Origin: Telmatocola sphagniphila
GTDB lineage: Bacteria; Planctomycetota; Planctomycetia; Gemmatales; Gemmataceae
Length of the DNA: 32,000 nucleotides
NCBI RefSeq assembly: GCF_018398935.1
Contig: NZ_CP074694.1
Span: 5,010,001 to 5,042,000, forward strand
Direction of reading: 5' to 3'
Below the pieces are notes generated by a model. The model was not told where the DNA came from. It saw only the letters and a list, made by a program, of their open reading frames with translations, and searched no databases. The position numbers and the translations under genes were made by a program. Shown in pieces: positions 1 to 8,921 of this stretch (positions are counted from its first letter, which is position 1; the number at the start of each line of letters is the position of its first letter).

Positions 1-1
1 A

Positions 2-1306
2 AAGCGCGAAATCATTGACGAATATGGTTGGCGGCACTTCGGCGATATCTACGGCGATCACGAAGCGGTGTTTCACGAAGGTCCGACACCGCTGGTCTCT
101 CATTACAACAACCAGTATGATCCGGTGGCTGGTTTCGCTTATCAGTTTCTACGCAGCGGCGACCGGCGCTGGTTTTCGCAGATGAGCGAACTTGCTCAGC
201 ACGTCATCGATATCGACATATATAACACCGATGAAGATAAGGCCGCTTATAACCACGGCCTGTTCTGGCATACCTACCACTACGTCGACGCCGACACGGG
301 AACGCACCGCACTTATCCCAAACGCGGCCGTATTCCCCCCAAGGGAATTCCCGTTCCCGGCGGGGGACCGGCCAACGAACAAAACTACGCTCACGGCCTT
401 TTGCTGACTTATTTTCTGACCGGCAACAAGCTCGCTCGGGACGCCGCGATCGGTCTGGCGCAGTGGGTCATCGATATGGACGATGGCGGCAAAACTATCT
501 TCCGTTGGCTGACCCGGCATCACACGGGTTTAGCTTCCAGTTCCCGCGATCCGTCATACCATGGTCCCGGCCGCGGCGCCGCCAATTCCATTAGCGTGCT
601 TTGCGACGGTTTCCGACTCACTCAGAATCGGAAATTTCTGAACAAAGCCGAGGAACTGATTCGACGCGTGATTCACCCGAGCGACGATCCGACGCGGATT
701 CTGACCTTGAAGCACAACGGGAAGGTCCTGGTCGATGCGGAAAATCGCTGGTTTTACACGATGTTCCTGCAAGCCCTCGGCAAGTATCTCGATCTGAAGG
801 TGGAGCGGAACGAATTCGATTCCGCTTATGCTTACGGCCGGACCTGCCTGTTGAATTATTCGCGCTGGATGCTGGAGATCGAAGCGCCTTATCTCAGCAA
901 TCCGGAAATCCTCGAGTATCCCACCGAAACCTGGGTCGCCCAGGACATGCGCAAGAGCGAGATTTTTCTATACGCCGCGGAACATGCCGAGACTTCCGAA
1001 CGGCCGCTATTTCTGGAGAAAGCTCGATACTTCTTCGACTATTCGGTGAACACTCTCGACGGCATGAAAACCAAATCTCTGTGCCGACCGGTGGTACTGC
1101 TGCTGAGCTTTGGCTGGATGTACAACTGGTTCCAGAAGCATCCCGAAACCGTGTTGCCCGGGCCTAAGGAGTCAAAAACCAATTTTGGTCAGCCGACCGT
1201 TTTCGTTCCTCAGAAAGTTATCGCCAAGCAAAGAGCGAAACAACTGGTTGCGGCGGCGGGACTATTAGTGATGGCCGGGATCATTTATCTGGTGTTGAAG
1301 CGATAA
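2..1306 (+). CDS. Hypothetical protein, 5'-truncated by the window edge, with a C-terminal transmembrane anchor
   Basis: The reading frame starting at base 2 is open from the first base. KREIIDEYGWRHFGDIYGDHEA precedes the GTG at 68 used by the ORF track, so the gene begins upstream of the window. It ends with the hydrophobic stretch LVAAAGLLVMAGIIYLVL followed by KR-stop. No family was recognised by eye. Helical-repeat-like text (NYAHGLLLTYFLTGNKLARDAAIGLAQWVID) hints at an alpha/alpha-toroid glycan-active enzyme, but this is unverified. Confidence 0.6.
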   Translation, partial: KREIIDEYGWRHFGDIYGDHEAVFHEGPTPLVSHYNNQYDPVAGFAYQFLRSGDRRWFSQMSELAQHVIDIDIYNTDEDKAAYNHGLFWHTYHYVDADTGTHRTYPKRGRIPPKGIPVPGGGPANEQNYAHGLLLTYFLTGNKLARDAAIGLAQWVIDMDDGGKTIFRWLTRHHTGLASSSRDPSYHGPGRGAANSISVLCDGFRLTQNRKFLNKAEELIRRVIHPSDDPTRILTLKHNGKVLVDAENRWFYTMFLQALGKYLDLKVERNEFDSAYAYGRTCLLNYSRWMLEIEAPYLSNPEILEYPTETWVAQDMRKSEIFLYAAEHAETSERPLFLEKARYFFDYSVNTLDGMKTKSLCRPVVLLLSFGWMYNWFQKHPETVLPGPKESKTNFGQPTVFVPQKVIAKQRAKQLVAAAGLLVMAGIIYLVLKR

Positions 1307-1335
1307 GGCGAATTACAATGTTGGCGGATTCCTTG

Positions 1336-1373
1336 AACGCATCTTCGCAAAGATTGCGATGCGTCGCTAAAGG
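1336..1373 (-). repeat. REP-like palindromic intergenic element, copy A (inverted relative to copy B at 30714-30751)
   Basis: The reverse complement of 1336-1373 is cctttagcgacgcatcgCAATctttgcgaagatgcgtt. 30714-30751 is cctttagcgacgcatcgTAGGctttgcgaagatgcgtt. The two match at 34 of 38 positions, differing only in the central 4 nt. There is an internal inverted repeat ACGCATC/GATGCGT. The element fills the gap between two convergent genes. Confidence 0.8.
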
Positions 1374-1955
1374 TCAGACTCGTTCGCGAATGACCTTTGC
1401 CGGCACGCCCCCGGCGACACATTGATCGGGAATCGATTTGGTCACCACGGCGCCGGCGCCGATCACACAGTTTTTCCCCACATCGGCCATCACCACGGCC
1501 AGACTACCGATCCAGCTACCGGCCCCGATCGTCACTTTTTCGAAGACCCCTTCCTGCTCGCGAATCGGAACATTCGGGTCATCAATGCCGTGCATTTTGG
1601 AGCCGCTGGTTACGTGCGTGCCGGAAGCAATCAGCACATCGCGCTGCACGTGCACTTTACCCAACTGACAGCGGGAACCGATGTAGACATTCTCTTCGAT
1701 GCGAGCCTGGGTCTTGGAGAAAATCACTCCGAAGCAAATCGTCGCCGACGGATGACATTTCTCAATCGTCCAGGCCAGGAACGCCCGGCGGATGTACTGG
1801 CCCGATACGCCGGGCAGTATTGCCAGCTGTTCAGTAGAACCTTCGAGCGACCGATCTTTGCCCAATACGGGCACCTTCAGAAAGTAGACGAGTACAAACG
1901 GGAAGGCAGCGATATTGGCAAGAAAATGCAGCGCGGATTTGACAATCGATTTCAT
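1374..1955 (-). CDS. Hexapeptide-repeat (left-handed beta-helix) sugar O-acetyltransferase with an N-terminal membrane helix
   Basis: 193 aa. It has an N-terminal hydrophobic helix (FLANIAAFPFVLVYFL). Imperfect hexapeptide repeats follow, ending GSWIGSLAVVMADVGKNCVIGAGAVVTKSIPDQCVAGGVPAKVIRE, typical of WcaF/NodL/LacA-class acetyltransferases. The ATG at 1955 overlaps the upstream stop (ATGA at 1952-1955). Confidence 0.85.
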   Translation of the reverse strand: MKSIVKSALHFLANIAAFPFVLVYFLKVPVLGKDRSLEGSTEQLAILPGVSGQYIRRAFLAWTIEKCHPSATICFGVIFSKTQARIEENVYIGSRCQLGKVHVQRDVLIASGTHVTSGSKMHGIDDPNVPIREQEGVFEKVTIGAGSWIGSLAVVMADVGKNCVIGAGAVVTKSIPDQCVAGGVPAKVIRERV

Positions 1956-3094
1956 GCCAGTTGTTCGTACAGCTTTTTGTAACGCTGGAGGGTTCGTTCC
2001 AGAGTGTAGATTTCTTCGACGCGCTTCCGACCCGATTCTCCCATCCGTTTCGCCAGAGCTGGATCTTGAACTATTTTCAGGAAAGCCGCCGCACAGGCCG
2101 CATCGTCGTTGCGCGGCACCCGAAACCCGTCGATGCCTTCCCGAACGATCTCGGGATTGCCGCCGACATCGGTCACGACCACCGGCCGGGAACAGGCCAT
2201 GGCTTCCAGCAGGGTGAGGGAAGCTGCTTCGCTGACGGAGGTCAGTGCGAAGATATCCACAGCCCGCAGAATATCGGCCACATCATTGCGGATACCGAGG
2301 AACTTGACCCGCTTCTCGATTTTCAAATCGCGAACCTGGGCTTCCAGTTGCGGCCGCAGCGGGCCATCGCCTACTAATACCAAATCGATATTCGAATCAG
2401 TCCCGGTCAGCCGAGCAACAGCCCGGATCAGCATGGCGTGATCCTTCACCGGATGAAAGCGGGCCACGCAGGCGATATATTTTCGCGTTTTGGAGAATCC
2501 GAATTTCTCTCGCAGCGAATCGAGATCCGCTGCTTCGCAGTAGCGCGTTAAGTCGATGCCGTTTTCGATGACTTCGATGCGATTGGCCCGGAACCCTTCT
2601 TTCTCCATCAAGGCATACGCGCTGAATTCGCAGCAGGCATTCACCGCATTGGCCAGACGATCCAGAAACAGCCGGTTGAACCAGCGCCGTTTCCAGGACA
2701 CCACATCGGGATAGTGCCGGCCATGCTCGGTCAGTATCAGCCGGAAAGAGAAGCGGGCCGGGATTTTCGCCAGGGCCGCGTAGAAAAACGGCGAGTACTG
2801 ATGAGCGTGAACGACTCGAATTTTTCGCTTGCGAATCTCCCGGGCCATGCGCCAGGCCACTTTCCAGTCGAGCCCCGGTTTACGGCCGAGATTCACCAGA
2901 GGAATCCCCTCGGCGATCATCCGCTCACCGATCTGACCCACGCCATCGAGACAGAAAATCGTCGGCTCGATCTGATCTTTCAAACGACGGATCGTCTCGG
3001 CTACCAGGACTTCCGCGCCGGCCACCTGCATCAGGTGCAGTACAAAACCGACCTTCAATCGCCCGGTGGGACTCGACTCAGAAGATACTTCCAC
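1952..3094 (-). CDS. Glycosyltransferase, GT-B fold (GT4 family)
   Basis: 380 aa. The N-terminus LKVGFVLHLMQVAGAEVLV and the C-terminal donor-binding motif EAASLTLLEAMACSRPVVVTDVGGNPEIV are classic GT4. The start is a GTG at 3094, 15 nt after the upstream stop. Confidence 0.85.
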   Translation of the reverse strand: MEVSSESSPTGRLKVGFVLHLMQVAGAEVLVAETIRRLKDQIEPTIFCLDGVGQIGERMIAEGIPLVNLGRKPGLDWKVAWRMAREIRKRKIRVVHAHQYSPFFYAALAKIPARFSFRLILTEHGRHYPDVVSWKRRWFNRLFLDRLANAVNACCEFSAYALMEKEGFRANRIEVIENGIDLTRYCEAADLDSLREKFGFSKTRKYIACVARFHPVKDHAMLIRAVARLTGTDSNIDLVLVGDGPLRPQLEAQVRDLKIEKRVKFLGIRNDVADILRAVDIFALTSVSEAASLTLLEAMACSRPVVVTDVGGNPEIVREGIDGFRVPRNDDAACAAAFLKIVQDPALAKRMGESGRKRVEEIYTLERTLQRYKKLYEQLA

Positions 3095-3109
3095 AATCTC
3101 GGCTTTCCG

Positions 3110-4495
3110 TTATCCAGCTTTGGGTGAAGCCGTGGAGCGAACGATTTTCGGCGGCAACTGGCGGGCGAGCTGAGAATAGACTTCCGCCAGAGGATTTACC
3201 GAATTGCGATATTCTTTCGCCTTGGTGACTGCCCAAAGCTGGGCCCCCAGCAGCATCATGACGTAAGGCAATTCAAAATTTTCCAGCGACAGAAAGACTC
3301 CGCCCACGCAGAAGACCAGAATCGCCGACTCGACGCCGTTGGCCATCAGGATCGTCAGCCGCTGGTCGTAGGTAAGTTCCGTATCAGGCTGCTTCTGTGC
3401 CAGCACCGTTTTCCGGGCGGCTCGCACGGCGAACGCGAAGGAGGTAATGGCCAACAGGTAAAGTCCCAGCGCCATTAAACCGCTGTCGGCCGCGATCTGC
3501 AGATATTGGCTATGGATCGTACGGCCATCCATATCCGCCCCGTAGCTGAACGTATAGCGATTGGAGTTTCGAATTCCAAAGCCGAAGAACGGGTGCTCGT
3601 TGGCCATCTGCCAGGCAATGGCCCAACTCGTCAGCCGGCTATTGGCACTATCGTCGCTCTGAAATTTTTCAACGGAGAAGAACCGTTCGCGAACTTCATT
3701 CCCGGCCAGGGCCAGAACGACAATCGCCAGACCGGTCATCATCACGGCGAGCTGTCTCTTGCGAGTGCAGCGAAGGAAGTACAAAGGCACCGAGGCCAGA
3801 ATCGAGACCATCGCTCCCCGGCTGAAAGACGTCAGCACGGCCTCAATGATCACCGGAATCATCAATAGGAATCCCCAGCGCGACCAGTGACGGATGCCGT
3901 CCCAGGCGAACAGACAAAGCGGCACTCCCATCGCCAGCATCAACCCGGCGCCGTTGTTATCCAGCCCGCCGAAGCCGGTGCGGTAAACTTTCAGATATCC
4001 CTGAATGTGGTAGATCTGATTCATTTCCAGCGCGATGTAACAGAGCGAGCCGGTCACAATCAGATACAGGATCCAGATCTGCCGTATGGTGGTGATGACC
4101 ACCGTGGCCACGCCGTACATGACGAAGATTTTCAAATATTCGATGAACGCTTCCTGAGCCACCTGCTGATCTTCGGCCGTGAAGTAGGTAATCACAATCC
4201 AGATGGCGAACAGGAAAAAGAATCCATGAGCCAGGACATGCGGTGGAGAAGGTAAGCGTTGTCTTCGTCCGGTTTGAATCCACTCGCCGACTTTCCAGAC
4301 GAACGTGCCGAAGATCGCGGCCATGGCCACATAGAAGGACCACTGGATCCCCTGCGGCAAATCCCACTCCCACAGATACTGCGGGCGGAGCGTGGCGAAG
4401 AGATAATAGACCGATACGCCAATGAATGGCGTGGAGGATAGACTGCCGCTGATTCCGATGAAGGTGATCAGCGCGAGTAATGCGAGTTTTACCAT
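3110..4495 (-). CDS. O-antigen ligase / polymerase family (Wzy_C/WaaL-like) polytopic membrane protein
   Basis: 461 aa with about 10-12 hydrophobic segments. A large loop carries FGFGIRNSNRYTFSYGADMDGRTIHSQYLQIAADSGLMALGLYL, matching the conserved G-x-G ... H-(N/S)-x-Y-L ... G loop of the O-antigen ligase family. The start is an ATG at 4495, 1 nt after the upstream stop. Confidence 0.8.
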   Translation of the reverse strand: MVKLALLALITFIGISGSLSSTPFIGVSVYYLFATLRPQYLWEWDLPQGIQWSFYVAMAAIFGTFVWKVGEWIQTGRRQRLPSPPHVLAHGFFFLFAIWIVITYFTAEDQQVAQEAFIEYLKIFVMYGVATVVITTIRQIWILYLIVTGSLCYIALEMNQIYHIQGYLKVYRTGFGGLDNNGAGLMLAMGVPLCLFAWDGIRHWSRWGFLLMIPVIIEAVLTSFSRGAMVSILASVPLYFLRCTRKRQLAVMMTGLAIVVLALAGNEVRERFFSVEKFQSDDSANSRLTSWAIAWQMANEHPFFGFGIRNSNRYTFSYGADMDGRTIHSQYLQIAADSGLMALGLYLLAITSFAFAVRAARKTVLAQKQPDTELTYDQRLTILMANGVESAILVFCVGGVFLSLENFELPYVMMLLGAQLWAVTKAKEYRNSVNPLAEVYSQLARQLPPKIVRSTASPKAG

Positions 4496-4496
4496 A

Positions 4497-5645
4497 CTAT
4501 TTCAGGCCTTCCACGGCCGTTTTCGCGCAGGCTTCCCAGGTGTGATGTTGCAACACCCAGTTCCGCGCCGCCTGACCCAGATCCTTCCGCAATTGCGCAC
4601 CGGCCCAGAGATCCATAACTCGGGACGCAAATCGGTTGGGATGACTTTCCTGATAAACGCTATCGCCAGCCGCTAATCCTTTGACCGTTCGCGGAGTGCA
4701 GACAATCGCTTTGCCTAGCGCCGCTGCTTCCAGGAGTTTATTTTTTATGCCGCCGCCACTGACGAACGGCAACACCACCACTTCGTGCCGTCGAACTTCC
4801 GAACGGATGTCAGGCAGGTCGGGCCGCAGGATCATTCCCGGCGTCGATTTTGCCAGGTTCTCGACCGGGGCCGTCGCCTTGAATCCATAGACGCTGAAGG
4901 TGGCTTCCGGCCTAGCCTGCTTCAAACGCGGCCAGACATTCTGACAGTACCATTGCAAGGCTTGGATATTCGGCCCGAAATCGAGCCGACCCCAGAAGAC
5001 TGTACTCAACGGCGTCTGAGCTTCATCGGCCGGGCAATAGTATTCGCCATCGATGCCATTGGGAAGCACATCGGTGGCTCGATAACCGGCCACCCAGCGT
5101 AGCGCTTTTTTATCGGCCGGGGAGACCATCCAGACCCGATCGAGGAGACGGGAGTAAACCCGCTCGTACATCCCCTTGATGAGGCCCTCTTTGAGCTCTC
5201 CCCAAGTCGAAGATTTCAGCATCCGCACCTGCGAAGTGTGGTGCCAGAACCATTCGTCCCCGGCATACCAGACCCGGCGAGCGGAATCGACCGCTCCCAG
5301 ATAAGGCAGAACATTCAGTCCGACAACGGAAACCACATCGGCCTTCAATTCTTTGGCCAGATGCCCCACTTCGCGAATGATCTCGGGCCGGATTCCCCAG
5401 TAACCTCTGAACTTCTCCTGCATCTTGGAAAGGTTCAGCGTACCGTTTTCAAAGCCTTTGCCGGTCAGAGTGTGCGTGGAACTCAGACCGCCACCCGCCA
5501 CCGCCTGAGGATCGACTTCTTTAAGTGTGGCCAGACTGACCTCATGCCCCAGCGCTGTGAGAGCCCGCATCAGATAATACGAGTGAACATCGTGCCCGCT
5601 GGAGCGCGGATAGGCCAGATTTTCTTTAACGAAGAGAAAATGCAT
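4497..5645 (-). CDS. Glycosyltransferase, GT-B fold (GT4-like)
   Basis: 382 aa. The N-terminus is MHFLFVKENLAYPRSSGHDVHSYYLMRALTALGHEV. The C-terminal motif is VVVLPFVSGGGIKNKLLEAAALGKAIVCTP. The G-I/L-K/Q-N-K-L/V-LEA motif is shared with the GT at 11210-12448. Confidence 0.8.
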   Translation of the reverse strand: MHFLFVKENLAYPRSSGHDVHSYYLMRALTALGHEVSLATLKEVDPQAVAGGGLSSTHTLTGKGFENGTLNLSKMQEKFRGYWGIRPEIIREVGHLAKELKADVVSVVGLNVLPYLGAVDSARRVWYAGDEWFWHHTSQVRMLKSSTWGELKEGLIKGMYERVYSRLLDRVWMVSPADKKALRWVAGYRATDVLPNGIDGEYYCPADEAQTPLSTVFWGRLDFGPNIQALQWYCQNVWPRLKQARPEATFSVYGFKATAPVENLAKSTPGMILRPDLPDIRSEVRRHEVVVLPFVSGGGIKNKLLEAAALGKAIVCTPRTVKGLAAGDSVYQESHPNRFASRVMDLWAGAQLRKDLGQAARNWVLQHHTWEACAKTAVEGLK

Positions 5646-5650
5646 TTTGT

Positions 5651-6631
5651 CTAGTTGCTCAGCTTCCGAACGAACTCAAAGACCCCGCGCAGTACCGGCA
5701 CACCCCAGCGATTGCGTTTTTCCAAGGGGCCATAGTACTTGTGCAGGCCATCCCATACCCCTTCCAGTACGGCGTTCGCCGAATCGGGAGACTGATTCTC
5801 GCGCTCGATGGAGTAGCGATAGTAAACGTACTTCCAGTAGGTCCGCATCGATTCCAGACGATTGCGGCCCTCGGCATGCCGATAGACATGCTTGTTCAGC
5901 AGCAACCGTAAATTTCGGGAATCGTAATAGCGTTGAATCCGGCTGCCCGTGCGCTTGAAGCTGACGCTGCCCTTGTGCCAGACCAGCGATGTGCCCAGTA
6001 CACCGCAGCCGAAACCGGCTTCGCGGGCTCGCAGGCAAAAATCGCTCTCCTCGTGAATGAGGAAAAACCGCTCGTCGATCAGTCCGATCGCTTCGAAAAC
6101 GGCTCGACTAACCATCATGCAGCAACCGTTGACGATTTCGACCGGAGTGATTGTCCGCGAATTTTCTAAAGGCACCGATTTGCGTTCGAAGAAGCCGGGA
6201 TAGCCGGGGTGATTGAACACACAGCCATCGGTCATGACCACTTCGGGATCGTCCATGAAGTTGATCACCGGTCCGATCACGCCGTAGGTCGGATTGGCCG
6301 CGGCCGCTTCCAGCAGAGTACTCACCAGGGAAGGGGAAACTCGCGTGTCATTATTCAAAAGAATAATCTGCTCGGCCCCGCGCTCCAGAGCGTATTCGAT
6401 TCCGGTATTGTTCCCGCCGGCCCAGCCGCCGTTGGTGTTTCGCGGCAGGGTATGAATCCAGGGATGATTTTCCTTCATCTGGTCGAGGCGATTTTCCTTC
6501 GAGGCATTATCGACCAGGACGATGGCGCACGAATTCCGGATCGGCTCCAGGGAAGCCAGACACTTGATGGTGTCTTCCCAGCCGTTGAAATTGAGAACGA
6601 CTATCCAGACAGCAGGATCTACCGGATTCAT
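5651..6631 (-). CDS. Glycosyltransferase family 2 (rhamnosyltransferase-like GT-A)
   Basis: The track ORF runs to 6961, but its first 110 aa are Arg/Ser-rich junk that overlaps the upstream gene. The ATG at 6631 gives MNPVDPAVWIVVLNFNGWEDTIKCLASLE...VLVDNASKE...LLNNDTRV, a typical GT2 N-terminus. It also makes an ATGA overlap with the upstream stop (6628-6631). Confidence 0.8.
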   Translation of the reverse strand: MNPVDPAVWIVVLNFNGWEDTIKCLASLEPIRNSCAIVLVDNASKENRLDQMKENHPWIHTLPRNTNGGWAGGNNTGIEYALERGAEQIILLNNDTRVSPSLVSTLLEAAAANPTYGVIGPVINFMDDPEVVMTDGCVFNHPGYPGFFERKSVPLENSRTITPVEIVNGCCMMVSRAVFEAIGLIDERFFLIHEESDFCLRAREAGFGCGVLGTSLVWHKGSVSFKRTGSRIQRYYDSRNLRLLLNKHVYRHAEGRNRLESMRTYWKYVYYRYSIERENQSPDSANAVLEGVWDGLHKYYGPLEKRNRWGVPVLRGVFEFVRKLSN

Positions 6632-7659
6632 GTCTTTTTCAGCACTGCTCGGGTTCGCACTTCGGGCTGCGGCAGTTTCGGAGTCAGATCGACCGTGCCG
6701 AAGGCGATTTGTTTCATCCGGCGAATCACTCGGGCCAGTCCACTCGGCAGGGAACTCAGCGCGTAGTAAGCGAAGCCGCGAATTTCGAAACCGGTGGTTT
6801 TCATAAGATCCATGAAACGCGTGCGTGCCGTGGCAAAATCGCCGCGATCGTAAGCCTTGTAGGCGTAGCCGAACAAGTGATGCTGCAAGTGCCGTTCGAC
6901 CAGTTTCTTCTCGTAACCTTCCAGGTAAGCCTGCGTTCGCAGCTTTTTCAGAGCTAGGCAAAACTCCGCACTCATGCCGTCGGCGTCGTTGGACATCCCG
7001 CCTTCGTGCTTGGTATACACAGCCATCTGCTCATCCCAGAAGCCGAATTTCTGGCAGTTGGCCAGTCGCAGACAGAGATTCCAGTCGGCTGCGCCACACA
7101 ACTCGGGATCGAACTGCCCGCTGCTTTCGAAGACTTCCCGGCGGATAATCATGGAGCCGAGGAAGATCGCATTACGATGCAGCATCCAGCGGAAGAAGGG
7201 GACCGGATCCAGGATTCGAAAGTGCGATTCCGGTTCCTTACAGAGCACATCAAAAAAGGGCTTCTGACCCTGCAGCAGCGACTTGTAGCCATCCACCGGA
7301 TTGCCCACGGCGGCATCGGTGAACAGGGCATCGACCTCGGGATAATCATTCAGATAGGCCAGCGCTTCCGCCGGTTTGCCGGGCATCCACTCATCGTCGC
7401 AATCGAGGAACGAGACGTAATCCCCGGTGGAGTGTTTGAAACCGGTATTGCGAGCTGTGGCCGGGCCGCTGTTTTTCTGGCGGATGTATTTCGCCCGGGG
7501 ATCGGTTTCGCGGACGACCCGTTCGGTGTCATCGGTCGATCCATCATCGACGACGATCACTTCCAGATCGGGCACGCCCGATTCCTTCAGAATGCCGAGT
7601 AGCTTCCGGCAATATTCGGCGCGATTATAAGTTGGGATGATTACGCTGAGGGTTTTCAT
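6628..7659 (-). CDS. Glycosyltransferase family 2
   Basis: 343 aa. MKTLSVIIPTYNRAEYCRKLL...VIVVDDGSTDDT...FLDCDDEW is the GT2 signature with a DxD motif. The start is an ATG at 7659, 2 nt after the wzt stop. Confidence 0.9.
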   Translation of the reverse strand: MKTLSVIIPTYNRAEYCRKLLGILKESGVPDLEVIVVDDGSTDDTERVVRETDPRAKYIRQKNSGPATARNTGFKHSTGDYVSFLDCDDEWMPGKPAEALAYLNDYPEVDALFTDAAVGNPVDGYKSLLQGQKPFFDVLCKEPESHFRILDPVPFFRWMLHRNAIFLGSMIIRREVFESSGQFDPELCGAADWNLCLRLANCQKFGFWDEQMAVYTKHEGGMSNDADGMSAEFCLALKKLRTQAYLEGYEKKLVERHLQHHLFGYAYKAYDRGDFATARTRFMDLMKTTGFEIRGFAYYALSSLPSGLARVIRRMKQIAFGTVDLTPKLPQPEVRTRAVLKKT

Positions 7660-7661
7660 AG

Positions 7662-8906
7662 TTAAACAACCAATTCGAAGTCACAACGGATTACCCCATC
7701 GACTGGGGGAGCCATGCGGTTGTCGTCCGGGGCCGGAACGATTTCCATTTCGCAAACCGCTTCCAAATAATCGTAAATTCGGCTGGGGCGCTTGCAGAGC
7801 CAGAGTCCCAGCGTGTAAATTCCCGGGTTCAACGGCACCGACCGGATGCGGATTTCGAAAACATTTTCGCCCGCTTTCAATTCAATCGGCCGATCGAGCA
7901 CCATCGTGTCGGCATTCAACAGCTTGTAGCCGCCGCGATCGAACAGGATGACCGACATGCTATCGGCCACACGCGGCTGCTCGGCGTGAATGGTCATGCG
8001 CGCGGTCATCGGCCCGCCACTGGTGACGTTTTGTTCGGGGGAAGCTCCGTAGTAGGCCAGCTTCACAAATTTCGCTTCCTGATTGCCCATCCGAGCATAG
8101 GAATCAATCGCCAGTTCCTGACCGGCGGGCGTCAGCGAACCTTCCGCTTCCAGATATTTGGAAACGACCGTATCGGTATCGCCCTCGGCCACCACTGAAC
8201 CTTTGCCCAGCATGATGCAGCGCTTGCAGAGCTTGCGCACGGCCGTCATGTCGTGACTGACGAATAGCACCGTGCGGCCGTGGCTCGAGACATCGCGCAT
8301 CTTGCCGAGACACTTTTTCTGAAACTGGGCATCGCCCACGGCCAGAACTTCATCGAGAATCAGAATCTCCGGCTCCAGATGCGACGCGATGGCAAAAGCC
8401 AGGCGTACGTACATGCCGCTGGAATAGCGCTTCACCGGCGTGTCCAAAAATTGCGTCAGTTCCGCAAATTGCACGATTTCATCGAATTTGGCATCGATTT
8501 CCTTGCGAGTCATGCCGAGAATCGAGCCGTTGAGATAGATATTTTCCCGGCCGGTCAATTCGGGATGAAAGCCGGTGCCGACTTCCAGCAGGCTACCCAT
8601 GCGCCCCTGGTATTCCACCCGTCCCGAGGTCGGCTCGACGATCTGAGACAGGACCTTCAGCAGGGTGCTTTTACCCGCCCCGTTGCGGCCGATAATGCCG
8701 ACCACTTCGCCCGGCTCGATCTGGAAGGAAACATCCCGCAGAGCATAAAAGTCATTGACGGTGGTTTCCGAAGACCGGGCCCGGAGCATGTTCCAGGAGC
8801 TTCGCGCCATCCGACTGAGAGTCTCGGTGAGGTTGCGATCGGGCGTACCGCGCTTGCCCAGCCGATAGCGCTTGGTCAGATTTTCAGCAATAATTGCAGG
8901 TCGCAT
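7662..8906 (-). CDS. wzt: Polysaccharide/O-antigen ABC exporter ATP-binding protein with a C-terminal carbohydrate-binding-type extension (Wzt/TagH-like)
   Basis: 414 aa. Walker A is GIIGRNGAGKSTLLK. The ABC signature is YSSGMYVRLAFA. Walker B is ILILDEVLAVGD. An extra domain of about 165 aa follows (…FVKLAYYG…GIYTLGLWLCK…EMEIV), resembling the Wzt C-terminal beta-sandwich. Confidence 0.88.
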   Translation of the reverse strand: MRPAIIAENLTKRYRLGKRGTPDRNLTETLSRMARSSWNMLRARSSETTVNDFYALRDVSFQIEPGEVVGIIGRNGAGKSTLLKVLSQIVEPTSGRVEYQGRMGSLLEVGTGFHPELTGRENIYLNGSILGMTRKEIDAKFDEIVQFAELTQFLDTPVKRYSSGMYVRLAFAIASHLEPEILILDEVLAVGDAQFQKKCLGKMRDVSSHGRTVLFVSHDMTAVRKLCKRCIMLGKGSVVAEGDTDTVVSKYLEAEGSLTPAGQELAIDSYARMGNQEAKFVKLAYYGASPEQNVTSGGPMTARMTIHAEQPRVADSMSVILFDRGGYKLLNADTMVLDRPIELKAGENVFEIRIRSVPLNPGIYTLGLWLCKRPSRIYDYLEAVCEMEIVPAPDDNRMAPPVDGVIRCDFELVV

Positions 8907-8921
8907 GGGTGCTCGAGTCGA

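Noticed and set aside
6632-6961. N-terminal 110-aa extension of the GT2 ORF. The same issue applies to 11214-11399 (VanZ ORF) and 12449-12703 (GT ORF).
   Set aside because: The extensions overlap the 3' ends of the upstream genes and are Arg/Ser/Cys/Trp-rich. They precede internal starts that give canonical family N-termini, and two of those starts form ATGA junctions.
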